From Chthonomonadales bacterium (GTDB taxonomy: Bacteria; Armatimonadota; Chthonomonadetes; Chthonomonadales; Chthonomonadaceae), in contig JBBQPO010000001.1 of NCBI GenBank assembly GCA_038217285.1, forward strand, positions 1 to 64,000: 64,000 bases of DNA, given 5' to 3'. Of the stretch, positions 1 through 9,400 are shown one piece after another (the first letter of the stretch is position 1; each line of letters begins with the position of its first letter). The notes beneath the pieces were generated by a model. It was not told the origin of the DNA. It searched no databases and was given only the letters and a program-made list of their open reading frames with translations. Both the position numbers and the translations under genes were made by a program.

Positions 1-93
1 GGCGCGCCCGAGCGACGGGTGCGACGGCGAAAGCCGCGCGCTACGGGTGCCAAGCCGCCGGAACAGACTACCAGATAGACACTGGCGCGCTAC
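1..93 (-). repeat. GTAG-type REP-like palindromic sequences
   Basis: The minus strand reads GTAGCGCGCGGC-TTTC-GCCG (GTAG followed by a hairpin); GCGCGCTAC occurs twice. Cut off by the window edge. Confidence 0.4.
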
Positions 94-139
94 ATAAAAA
101 AAGTTGACAGTTTTGTCTCAGAGACCTTGACACATTCCG

Positions 140-180
140 CTTCTCCGTCGGCGTCACCAAATTCGCCAGCGAGTACAACC
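140..180 (+). repeat. Direct-repeat copy of an internal segment of the ABC permease gene (18218-18258)
   Basis: CTTCTCCGTCGGCGTCACCAAATTCGC is identical at 140-166 and 18218-18244; the match extends to 41 bp with 4 mismatches. Confidence 0.9.
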
Positions 181-189
181 AAGGTTGTT

Positions 190-708
190 CTATGTTTTCA
201 ATTTCGATATAAAAATCAGTTCTTGAACAACTACGCGCAAGTCTGGAATTATTATGTATATATCCGGACGTTGAGCGATAAACCGCCTGCTATGCGCCGA
301 TTTATCGCCTATATCTTTCAGTTTGGGCAAAGCGCTTTTTGCGTTGCGCCCCATGTTCCAAGCAGTCTCTGAAACACAGAGGGGAATAAGGTTGCTCAAG
401 TACATAAATTCTCCTTGAGGATTTTGTATCTTTGAGGCGATATTATACGCCTCAAAGGCTTCAATGATAAGCGTTTCGACCAGTCTACGGATCATTACAG
501 CACACGCGTCATACCATCCCTTGTCGTAAGTTCCGTTAATCTGGTGGGCAGTCTGCTCGATATAACCACGTGTCCCCCTGACTAGCGACATATAAACAAT
601 ACGATCTGTGCTAGAATGTGCCCCGGCAGCTGGCGGAAAGAGAGTTACCAAAGCATCATCATGAATCGCGCGTGCCATGGAAACCGCTGCATCAATAGTC
701 TCTCTCAT
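190..708 (-). CDS. DUF4145-like / HEPN-superfamily protein
   Basis: 172 aa; YDACAVMIRRLVETLI helix and C-terminal LKDIGDKSAH resemble the DUF4145/HEPN signature; ATGA overlap with the upstream gene. Confidence 0.65.
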   Translation of the reverse strand: MRETIDAAVSMARAIHDDALVTLFPPAAGAHSSTDRIVYMSLVRGTRGYIEQTAHQINGTYDKGWYDACAVMIRRLVETLIIEAFEAYNIASKIQNPQGEFMYLSNLIPLCVSETAWNMGRNAKSALPKLKDIGDKSAHSRRFIAQRPDIYIIIPDLRVVVQELIFISKLKT

Positions 709-1414
709 TCAGCGTTATTCTCCTTCATCCCTTTGAAGTGCTTTGACATACTCTCGAAAATCCTATCGATTTGCTCGGATGATGTGTCCGCCGCGATGTG
801 AATTTGCACATCGATGTGCAGAGATGGAAACATCGAGAATTGTGTTGCGGGCTTTTGTGGTCGGGGTGGGTCGACCGTTTGCTCGGCATCAGATACGTTC
901 GGTTTTGCTGGCTTGCTTACTGGCCTAGACTGAGTTTTCGGGGCGGAGCCGTTAGAGTTTCGTTTGGGCGCTTCTGAGGCTCCTGATGCATCAGCTTTAG
1001 TTAACAATAAGTAGAAGCTTGATTGCTTGCTTGCAGCAGAAGCACCGATGCCAGCATCAACCCGAAACCAACGTTCTACTGCTGTGGCATCAACATTAGG
1101 CCCCGAATAGAGATCCAAAAGCTCTTGTGGGTAGCAACTCCGCCGAATAGTTTCACACGCATCAGCATAACTCTCGTTGTCGCGCCATTTCATAGCGAGT
1201 TCAGTAGAATTTCCTGTATCGTCTACCAAGCCGACTTTCTTGAAGTAGTTTAAGGCATTGATGCGGGCCGAACGCACGTCTATGCCTAGAAGATTGGCAA
1301 GAAATGTGTCTGTTACTTTCGCTCGTGCATTCTCATGTAGTTTTTTGCGTAATGCCCACCAACTCTTGGCAGACAGCATTGGATACGTGGTTTTTTTTCG
1401 TTGACCTCAGTCAT
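705..1414 (-). CDS. DUF5343-like protein; probable true start at 1414 is out of frame across an A8 tract (in-frame ATG at 1379)
   Basis: YPMLSAKSWWALRKK...GLVDDTGNSTELAMKWRD, a low-complexity linker and a C-terminal LHIDVQIHI...IDRIFESMSKH resemble DUF5343. SD AGGAGA at 1430-1425 precedes the ATG at 1414. Confidence 0.65.
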
Positions 1415-1447
1415 GTGGCTCTATTCTCCTTATGCGAATTCGATTCT

Positions 1448-1476
1448 ATGATAGCATATTGTTGCCCGCTTGTCAA
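1448..1476 (-). promoter_or_regulatory. Sigma70-type promoter of the DUF5343/HEPN pair
   Basis: TTGACA-17 bp-TATCAT with an extended -10 TG, on the minus strand. Confidence 0.7.
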
Positions 1477-1542
1477 AGAATGTGGTCGCCACATTCAAAA
1501 ATAAGCCATTCAACAGATGTGATGTCGCAGCCGTGCATCCTG

Positions 1543-1567
1543 TGGTATAATATGTTCTGATAAGGAG
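1543..1567 (+). promoter_or_regulatory. Extended -10 promoter and RBS of the type I R-M operon
   Basis: TGgTATAAT at 1543-1551; AAGGAG at 1562-1567 before the ATG at 1576. Confidence 0.6.
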
Positions 1568-1575
1568 TCTGGTCT

Positions 1576-2166
1576 ATGAATGTATTGCGAGAGGTCGGTT
1601 ATTTGCGTACCGGGTACCAATTGCGAGGCGCGGTGCCTTTGTCACCGCAAGGTCCGCATCAGATCGTGCTATTGGGAGATGTTCAGGATGAGGGAATTGA
1701 TTGGAAGCGGGTAGCGCGGACCCATCTGCGTAAGGGTACAAGTGACTTCCTGACCGCTGGAGACATTATTATTCGCAGTCGTGGGGCGCATTACGGTGTG
1801 GTCCTTGCACCTGATCCGCCCCCTGATACTGCCGTTGCAGCTCCCCTCTTTCTACTCTCCGTAACGAGACAAGGCATTGTACCGGAGTATGTGGCCTGGT
1901 ATCTGAACCGCCCCTCAACGCACAGTATTCTTGAGAAAATGGCACAAGGCACGTCATTACCAACTATCAGTCTGCGAGACTTGGCAGAATTGGAAATTCC
2001 TATCCCTCTGCTCGCTTTACAACAGGAGATCGCCGAGATTGCTCGCCTCGTGCGACAAGAACGCGACCTTTCCAAACGCCTGATAGAACGTCGGACTTTG
2101 CTGGCGGATACAGTCTCTGACGCTTTATCCCAGGGCAAACGACGGGAGAAGGCGTCCGTAACTTAA
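1576..2166 (+). CDS. Half-size (single-TRD) HsdS-like specificity protein
   Basis: 196 aa; PEYVAWYLN...QGTSLPTISLRDLAELEIPIPLLALQQEIA is the HsdS conserved-region motif; lies directly upstream of hsdM. Confidence 0.75.
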   Translation: MNVLREVGYLRTGYQLRGAVPLSPQGPHQIVLLGDVQDEGIDWKRVARTHLRKGTSDFLTAGDIIIRSRGAHYGVVLAPDPPPDTAVAAPLFLLSVTRQGIVPEYVAWYLNRPSTHSILEKMAQGTSLPTISLRDLAELEIPIPLLALQQEIAEIARLVRQERDLSKRLIERRTLLADTVSDALSQGKRREKASVT

Positions 2167-2226
2167 GCACCCACACGAATGATCACTTTCGAGGATTGAG
2201 GAATAGACAGGAAGGAAGCAGAGCGC

Positions 2227-3747
2227 ATGAGTACCGTTACCCAGAAAGAGATCAACGATGTCCTGTGGAGAGCGTGTGACACGTTCCGGGGCATTATCGA
2301 CCCTTCGGATTATAAGAACTATATTCTGGTCATGCTTTTCGTGAAGTACATCAGCGATGTCTGGGAGGAGCGAAACGAAGAGTTGAAGGAGAGGTACGGA
2401 GACAACCAAACAATGATCGACCGGCAATTGAGCCGGGAGAGATTTGTTCTGCCGCCCCACTCCTCCTTTCACTATCTCTACAGCAAGCGCAACGACGACA
2501 ACGTTGGCGAAACCATCGATATCGCTCTCGAACAGATCGAAGATGCGAACCGAATAAAACTCGAAGGCGTGTTTCGCAACATCAGTTTCAACTCGAATAA
2601 TCTCGGCGAGGCCCGTGACCGCAACCGCCGTCTCAAGAACCTGTTGGAAGATTTCAATGACTCGCGCCTCGATCTTCGGCCCTCTCGGGTAAAAGAAGAC
2701 ATTATCGGCAATGCCTATATGTATATGATCGAGAACTTTGCCAGCGGAGCAGGCAAAAAGGGCGGCGAGTTCTATACTCCCCGGCAGGTTTCTATGCTGC
2801 TGGCGAAGCTGCTCAAGGCAAAACCAGGTGACCGCATCTGCGACCCGGCCTGTGGCTCCGGTTCGCTGCTTATACGCGTCGCCGACGAAATTCCAGAACA
2901 TGAGCGGCATAACTACAGCCTGTTCGGGCAAGAGGTCAACGGCAGTACCTGGGCGCTCTGTCGAATGAACATGGTTCTGCACGATGAGGACTCGGCAGTT
3001 ATCAAGTGGGGCGATACGCTGAACAACCCTCTGCTGATCGAGAACGACCGCCTGATGAAGTTCAATATCGTGGTCGCCAATCCGCCTTTTTCACTGGACA
3101 AGTGGGGCGCGGAGGAGGCTTCCGGGGACAAGTTCAAGCGGTTCTGGCGGGCCGTTCCCCCGAAGAGCAAGGCGGACTACGCCTTTATCTCTCACATGGT
3201 TGAGGCGGCATTGCCGAAAGAGGGGCGTATCGGCGTCATCGTGCCGCACGGCGTTCTGTTTCGGAGCGGCGCTGAGGGGAAAATCCGTCAGAAGTTCATA
3301 GAAGAGAACCTGCTCGACACCGTTGTCGGACTGCCCGAAAATCTGTTCTTCGGAACGGGTATTCCCGCCGCCATCCTGATCTTCGACCGCTCCCGCGAAA
3401 CAGGCGGCGCAAACGCCCAACGCAAAGACATCCTGTTTATCGACGCCAGCCGCGAATTTCAGCCCGGCAAGAACCAGAACGCGCTGCGCGAAGAAGATAT
3501 GGACAAGATCGCCGCCACATACCATGAGCGGCAGGAGATAGTGCAATACAGTCGGTGTGTTCCGGTGGAAGAGGTACAGGAGAACGAATTCAATCTGAAT
3601 GTCCCACGCTACATCGATACCTTCGAGGCTCCCGCCGAAGTCGATATTGCCGCCCTGCAAAGCGAGATCGATAGCCTGGAAACCGAACTGGCGACAGTCC
3701 GAACGAAACTCTCCGCACACCTGCGCGAACTGGACCTCGTGCCCTAA
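2227..3747 (+). CDS. hsdM: Type I R-M methyltransferase subunit M
   Basis: LWRACDTFRG N-terminus, GEFYTP, DPACGSG (motif I), NPPF (motif IV), PHGVLFR. Confidence 0.97.
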   Translation: MSTVTQKEINDVLWRACDTFRGIIDPSDYKNYILVMLFVKYISDVWEERNEELKERYGDNQTMIDRQLSRERFVLPPHSSFHYLYSKRNDDNVGETIDIALEQIEDANRIKLEGVFRNISFNSNNLGEARDRNRRLKNLLEDFNDSRLDLRPSRVKEDIIGNAYMYMIENFASGAGKKGGEFYTPRQVSMLLAKLLKAKPGDRICDPACGSGSLLIRVADEIPEHERHNYSLFGQEVNGSTWALCRMNMVLHDEDSAVIKWGDTLNNPLLIENDRLMKFNIVVANPPFSLDKWGAEEASGDKFKRFWRAVPPKSKADYAFISHMVEAALPKEGRIGVIVPHGVLFRSGAEGKIRQKFIEENLLDTVVGLPENLFFGTGIPAAILIFDRSRETGGANAQRKDILFIDASREFQPGKNQNALREEDMDKIAATYHERQEIVQYSRCVPVEEVQENEFNLNVPRYIDTFEAPAEVDIAALQSEIDSLETELATVRTKLSAHLRELDLVP

Positions 3748-3750
3748 ACG

Positions 3751-3779
3751 ACTTGCGGTCACAATTTGTGACCGCAAGT
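3751..3779. repeat. Perfect 14-1-14 bp palindrome immediately after the hsdM stop codon
   Basis: ACTTGCGGTCACAA-T-TTGTGACCGCAAGT; no U-tract follows. Confidence 0.9.
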
Positions 3780-3878
3780 AGGTGACTGTTGTATTGAGGA
3801 TCGCTCGACAAAAAAGGCAATGCCGCGCTTGCGCGCTTCAAAGCCTCCGCAGATATTATACCATATCGCACGAGCTTG

Positions 3879-4066
3879 CCGCCCGTAAACGAGCGGCCTG
3901 ATGCGTTAAAGCCCATGAATGGGCTTGGGAGTACTGTAAGGCAAATGGAGCGCCTGAGAAAAGTGGCACGGTGCTCATCCGATTGCGCGAATGTAAGAAT
4001 ATGTTCGCGGCGCTCCCAGGCCCATTTATGGGCCTTACAAAAGACAGACCGCTCGTTTACGGGCGG
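3879..4066. repeat. REPIN/MITE-like element with nested inverted repeats
   Basis: 3879-3900 versus 4045-4066 inverted (1 mismatch in 22); 3907-3930 versus 4014-4037 inverted (3 mismatches in 24). Each arm is itself palindromic. Confidence 0.7.
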
Positions 4067-4143
4067 GCCCAAATGTAGATATCGCATCAGGCTCTCCTAA
4101 AGCGGATTGTTGATCCCGAAATGCTGTTTGAGGAGCAAACCCA

Positions 4144-5205
4144 ATGAACAGAGGCATTGTCCCCAGCAACTCTGACGATAATTCGGAGTTCGTGCTGTAC
4201 CAGACCGAAGACGGTCAATCCCGTGTGCAGGTGCGCGTCCTCGATGAGACCGTCTGGCTCACGCAACGACAATTGGCGGAACTCTTCCAGAAAACAGTTC
4301 CTACGATCAACGAACATATCCAGAACCTTTTTGAGGAAGGTGAGCTGGAACGGGATCCAACTATTCGGAATTTCCGAATAGTTGGAATGGAGGGCAGTCG
4401 GCAGGTTGAGCGAGAAGTTGACCACTACAATCTGGATGTCATCATCTCCGTCGGCTACCGAGTGCGCTCCCATCGCGGCACACAGTTCCGACAGTGGGCG
4501 ACGAAACAACTGCGAGAGCTTATCATCAAGGGATTTGTCCTGGATGATGAACGCCTGAAAGAAGGGCGCAATCTGGGCAGGGACTACTTCGACGAACTCC
4601 TGGAGCGCATCCGCGACATTCGCGCATCCGAGCAGCGGTTCTATCAGAAAATCTGCGACATCTACTCCACCAGCGTGGACTACGACAAAGCGCACCCCCT
4701 CACGCTGGAGTTTTTCAAGACCGTCCAGAACAAACTGCACTGGGCGATTCACGGACATACCGCCGCTGAGATCATCGTGGAGCGCGCCGATGGGACAAAG
4801 CCGAACATGGGTCTCACCACCTGGAAGAATGCTCCCGAAGGACGCATTCGCAAAGCAGACACCGAGATCGCCAAAAACTATCTGACCGAAGACGAGATTT
4901 CCAACCTTAACCTGATCGTAGATCAATATCTCTCTTTCGCCGAACTCCAGGCCCGACAACGCAAACCGATGACAATGGCAGACTGGAAGACGAAACTCGA
5001 CGCCTTCCTGACCCTGAACGACCGGGATATTCTAACAAACGCCGGAACCCTTTCAGCAGAGGACGCAAAGGAGATCGCCGCCAGCGAGTACAAAACCTAT
5101 CTTGCAGAACGCCGCCGTCTGGAAGCTGAGACAACCACCAGCGACTTCGATGAGTTTGTGGACCGGATCAAAAAATTGCCACCCACACATGAGGAGCAAA
5201 ACTAA
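4144..5205 (+). CDS. rhuM: RhuM-family protein
   Basis: ETVWLTQRQLAELF, YNLDVIISVGYRVRSHRGTQFRQWAT, KGFVLDDERLK, IRDIRASE, VQNKLHWA, IAKNYL. Confidence 0.92.
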   Translation: MNRGIVPSNSDDNSEFVLYQTEDGQSRVQVRVLDETVWLTQRQLAELFQKTVPTINEHIQNLFEEGELERDPTIRNFRIVGMEGSRQVEREVDHYNLDVIISVGYRVRSHRGTQFRQWATKQLRELIIKGFVLDDERLKEGRNLGRDYFDELLERIRDIRASEQRFYQKICDIYSTSVDYDKAHPLTLEFFKTVQNKLHWAIHGHTAAEIIVERADGTKPNMGLTTWKNAPEGRIRKADTEIAKNYLTEDEISNLNLIVDQYLSFAELQARQRKPMTMADWKTKLDAFLTLNDRDILTNAGTLSAEDAKEIAASEYKTYLAERRRLEAETTTSDFDEFVDRIKKLPPTHEEQN

Positions 5206-6458
5206 TGCAAACCACCCTTCCTTACAGCGAAGAAAACGAGGTCTCGGACGACTGTCTCGATCTGCCCAATGGATGGCAAGTCAAGAAACTTGGTCAGTTG
5301 GTGAAATTGAAATCTGGTGGAACACCTTCGAAATCCAACCCAACCTACTGGAACGGAGATATTCCTTGGTTGAGTGCCAAAGACCTCAAGTCATTTCGGC
5401 TTTCCTCAGCACAGGACATGGTGACAGAGTTAGCAGTAGCGAATGGTACGCACCTTATTTCTGCTAATCACTTGCTCATTTTAGTTCGTGGGATGACACT
5501 GCTAAAGGATGTTCCCATTGGCTTGACAACGTGCGCTGTAGCCTTCAATCAGGATCTGAAGGCTATGGAAGTACGACAGGGTACTGATGCAGCATATCTT
5601 GCCTACTGGCTTGTTGCCCACAAAGAATATTTGAAGGACTTGGTGGATCGCGCCGGACACGGAACGGGAAGATTGCCTACTGAACGACTAATCGAAGTGA
5701 AAGTCTGCTTGCCATCTTTGCCTGAACAGGCACTAATCGCCAAAATCCTAGATGACGCTGATGCTGTTGTTCGCGCCTCCGAAAGCCTGATCGAAGCCAA
5801 ATCCCGCTATAAACGCGCTCTTGCCGAACAACTACTGACAGGCAAGTTCCGGTTCCCTGAATTTAAGGGGCAGGCATGGCGTGAAGCAAAATTGGGTGAG
5901 TTTTTGTCACAGATGTCAGAACGTTGTCCTGTTAATGAGACACCTGTCGTATTGTCCTGTTCGAAACTATACGGCATATTGTTACAGTCGGATCGCTTTT
6001 CAAAGCAAATGGCCTCGCACGACTTACGACGCTATAAGTTCGTCGAGGCTGGCAATCTGGTATTCGACCCCATGCTTTTGTGGGACGCTTCCATCGCTTT
6101 CTCAGAATTACGCGGAGTTGTCTCACCTGCTTATTGTACTCTGCAGTTTGTGTCCGAACAGGCCGACCGGCGCTTTTTTCGCTATCTTCTCTACACTGCC
6201 ACTATGCGCTACAACTACAAGGCAATTTCAAAAGGAACCAACGCACGACGCAAAAAGGTCACAGCCTCTGATTTTCTCAAAATCGATGTTCGAATTCCTT
6301 CCCTGCTTGAGCAAAGCAAAATTGCAGAAGTACTGGAATTGGTGGATTCCGAGATCGCATTGCTACGCCGGGAACTGGACGTGCTGAAAAAGCAGAAGCA
6401 GGAATTAATGCATCAGTTGCTGACCGGGCAGGTGCGCGTGAAGGAGTTTCATCCATGA
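5205..6458 (+). CDS. hsdS: Type I R-M specificity subunit S
   Basis: Two TRDs (LPNGWQVKKLG, GGTPSKSNPTYW) with conserved PSLPEQ/PSLLEQ regions and LLTG motifs; visibly more AT-rich. Confidence 0.95.
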   Translation: MQTTLPYSEENEVSDDCLDLPNGWQVKKLGQLVKLKSGGTPSKSNPTYWNGDIPWLSAKDLKSFRLSSAQDMVTELAVANGTHLISANHLLILVRGMTLLKDVPIGLTTCAVAFNQDLKAMEVRQGTDAAYLAYWLVAHKEYLKDLVDRAGHGTGRLPTERLIEVKVCLPSLPEQALIAKILDDADAVVRASESLIEAKSRYKRALAEQLLTGKFRFPEFKGQAWREAKLGEFLSQMSERCPVNETPVVLSCSKLYGILLQSDRFSKQMASHDLRRYKFVEAGNLVFDPMLLWDASIAFSELRGVVSPAYCTLQFVSEQADRRFFRYLLYTATMRYNYKAISKGTNARRKKVTASDFLKIDVRIPSLLEQSKIAEVLELVDSEIALLRRELDVLKKQKQELMHQLLTGQVRVKEFHP

Positions 6459-9400
6459 GCGCGACAATAGGCCCGGACGATGAGGAAGTTGGCTTCGAAG
6501 GGACGGAGCGGGAGCAGTCGCAGATGGCTGCGGTTGCCCTACTCTCTCGTCTTGGCTACCAGTATTTGACGCGGAAAGAGGCGCTGGAGATGCGCGGTGG
6601 GAAGGCGTCACGTATCCTGCTGACGGACATCCTGAGCGCCCAACTTTCAAAACTGAATCGGATCCGCTACAAAGGCCGCGAGGAGTATTTCACTCAGGCG
6701 AACGTCCGGCGAGCGATCCAGGCTCTGGAGGATGTGCCGCTGGTCGAGGGGATGCAGAGGGCGGGGGAGCAGGTTTACGATCTGCTGCGCCTGGGCAAGA
6801 GCCTGGAACAGACTATTGAAGGCGACAAGGGAGAGCGGGATACTAAGAGCTTCACCATCCGCTATGTAGACTGGGAGAACCCGCAAAACAACGTCTATCA
6901 TGTCACCACGGAGTACAGTCTGCTTCGGGCGAGCAGTCAGAAGATGTGCTTGCTCGACGTGGTTCTCTTCGTCAATGGCATTCCGTTCGTCGTGGTGGAG
7001 TGCAAAAATCGGGGTGTAGATGTTGCCGAAGCCATCTCCAACATTCTGGCCTATCAGAGCGCCGATTTCGTGCCGGAACTGTTCAAATACATACAGGTCG
7101 TTCTCGCCACCAATGTCAACGAGGCGAAGTATGCGACGGTCGGAACCGAAGCGAAGTTCTGGGCGGTCTGGAGGAGCAGGGTAGATCCGGATGCGGAGAT
7201 CGAGGCGCTGCTTCGAAAACCTCTCCCTGAGAAAGAGCGTGAGGCCGTTCTGAGTAACTTCGTCCATGAAGAGCGGCAGTTCTACGCCATCGAACAGCAG
7301 GGACGTAAAGCGACGGAACAGGACCGGGCACTCTATAACCTGTGCCGCCCGGAATGCTTGATCGAACTGACCGGAAAGTTCGTTCTGTACGATGGCGGCA
7401 TCAAAAAGATCGCCCGGTATCACCAATACGACGCCGTCGAACAGGCGCTCAAGCGAATTCTCACCCGCCAGAGCGATGGCAAACGACTTGGCGGCGTCAT
7501 CTGGCACACGCAAGGCAGCGGCAAATCGCTGACGATGGTCATGCTCGCAAATGCGATTGCCCTGTCGAAAGAGATCGAGAACCCCCGTATCATCCTCGTC
7601 ACCGACCGCACCGACCTCGATAAACAGATTGCCGGAACCTTCTACCGCTGCGCTCTGGAGCCGAAACGCGCCACCAGCGGAGCCGATCTACGCCGGCTTG
7701 TCAGTGACAGCCGGGCGGGTGTCATTACCACGCTGGTACAGAAGTTTCAGGCGGCTATGACGCAGGGAGAGTTCACCGATGCTTCGCCGGACATCTTCGT
7801 ACTCGTAGATGAAAGCCACCGCACCCAGTACGGCACGTTGCATGCACAGATGCGTCGTGTCTTCCCGAACGCCTGTTATCTGGGTTTCACCGGAACCCCG
7901 CTTCTACGCGACGACAAAAGTACGCTGACAAAGTTTGGCGGACTGATAGATGCTTATGACATGGAGCAGGCAGTGGAGGACAAGGCGGTCGTGCCGTTGC
8001 TCTACGAGCGCCGCCATGTCCCGCAGGATGTTCAGAGCGGGCCGATAGATCGCTGGTTCGAGCGTATCTGTGAGGGATTGACCGAAGAGCAGAAGAAGGA
8101 TCTCAAAAAGAAGTATAGCCGTGCAGAGCCGCTTCTTAAGACCGATGAGAGACTGCGCGAAATCGCCTACGATGTGTGGGGACACTACCGCACAAGTTGG
8201 CAGGGAGCGGACGGTTTCAAGGCGCAGTTGGTCGCGCCGGATCGTCTCTCGGCTCTCAAACTGCACGACTACCTGGAAGACCTCGGCAAAACCGATGGCA
8301 AGACTATTTCATCCGCCGTCGTTATCTCGACCAATCGCGATGATCGCGAAGGTTATGAAGAGACAAACGATCCGATCTCCAACCGGATTGCGGACTTTGG
8401 AAGGCAGATAGAGAAGGAGTACGGCTCTGAAGAGCAGTACGATGAAAGCATTATAGATCGCTTCAAACACGCGGAGGAACCGGAAATTCTGATCGTGGTC
8501 GATAAATTACTGACGGGTTTCGATGCACCTTGCAACACCGTCCTCTACCTGGCTCGGCGTCTCGCCCACCATTCGCTGCTCCAGGCCATTGCGCGCGTCA
8601 ATCGTCTCTACCCTGGCAAAGAGTTCGGCTTCATTCTGGACTATGTCGGCGTGTTGGGGGAACTGGATCGCGCTTTGAATGAGTATGCCGCGCTAAAAGG
8701 CTACGATCTGTCCGACATCGAAGGCACCATCGATAGTATCCGAACGGAGCTCCAATCCTTACCGCAGCGCTATGCCGATCTGATAGATCTCTTCCGTTCC
8801 ATTCAGAACAAGAGCGATGAGGAGGAATATGAACTCCTCCTTGCCGAGGAGGACGTTCGCAAGGAGTTTTATAGTGTGCTGGCAGCGTTCTCGAAATCCC
8901 TGAAGATAGCGCTCTCCACGGAACTGTTCTATGAAGAGACGCCCCCAGAGGTCATCGAACGCTATAAGGTCGATCTACGCCGTTTCCAAAAACTACGTGC
9001 TTCCGTGCAGCGACGCTATGCGGATACCGTCGATATGAAGGCTTATGAACCGCAGATCGCCAAGCTGCTGGACACCTATGTCCATTCGGATGCCGTCGAA
9101 ATCCTGACTGCCGGTCCTATCAATATTTTTGACGACAAAGCGATGGAAGCGGCGCTGGAGCAGTTGACATCCAAAACAGAGGCGGCGCAAGCGGACCTGA
9201 TTGCCAGCAACACCGACAGGACGCTTATTGAGCGGATGGACGAAGACCCGGCGCTCTATCGCAAGTTTTCCGAAATGATTCAGGAGACGATCAAGGCATT
9301 CCGTGATCGCCTGATAACCGAGACGGATTACCTGCAAAGAGTGCTCGACATTCGTGGGCAGGTCGTTTCGCGTTCGGGGAGCGATGTGCCGACCCGGCTT

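Noticed and set aside
1576-6458. hsdS shufflon (invertible TRDs)
   Set aside because: Both S genes are co-oriented, there is no recombinase, and I saw no shared inverted repeats.
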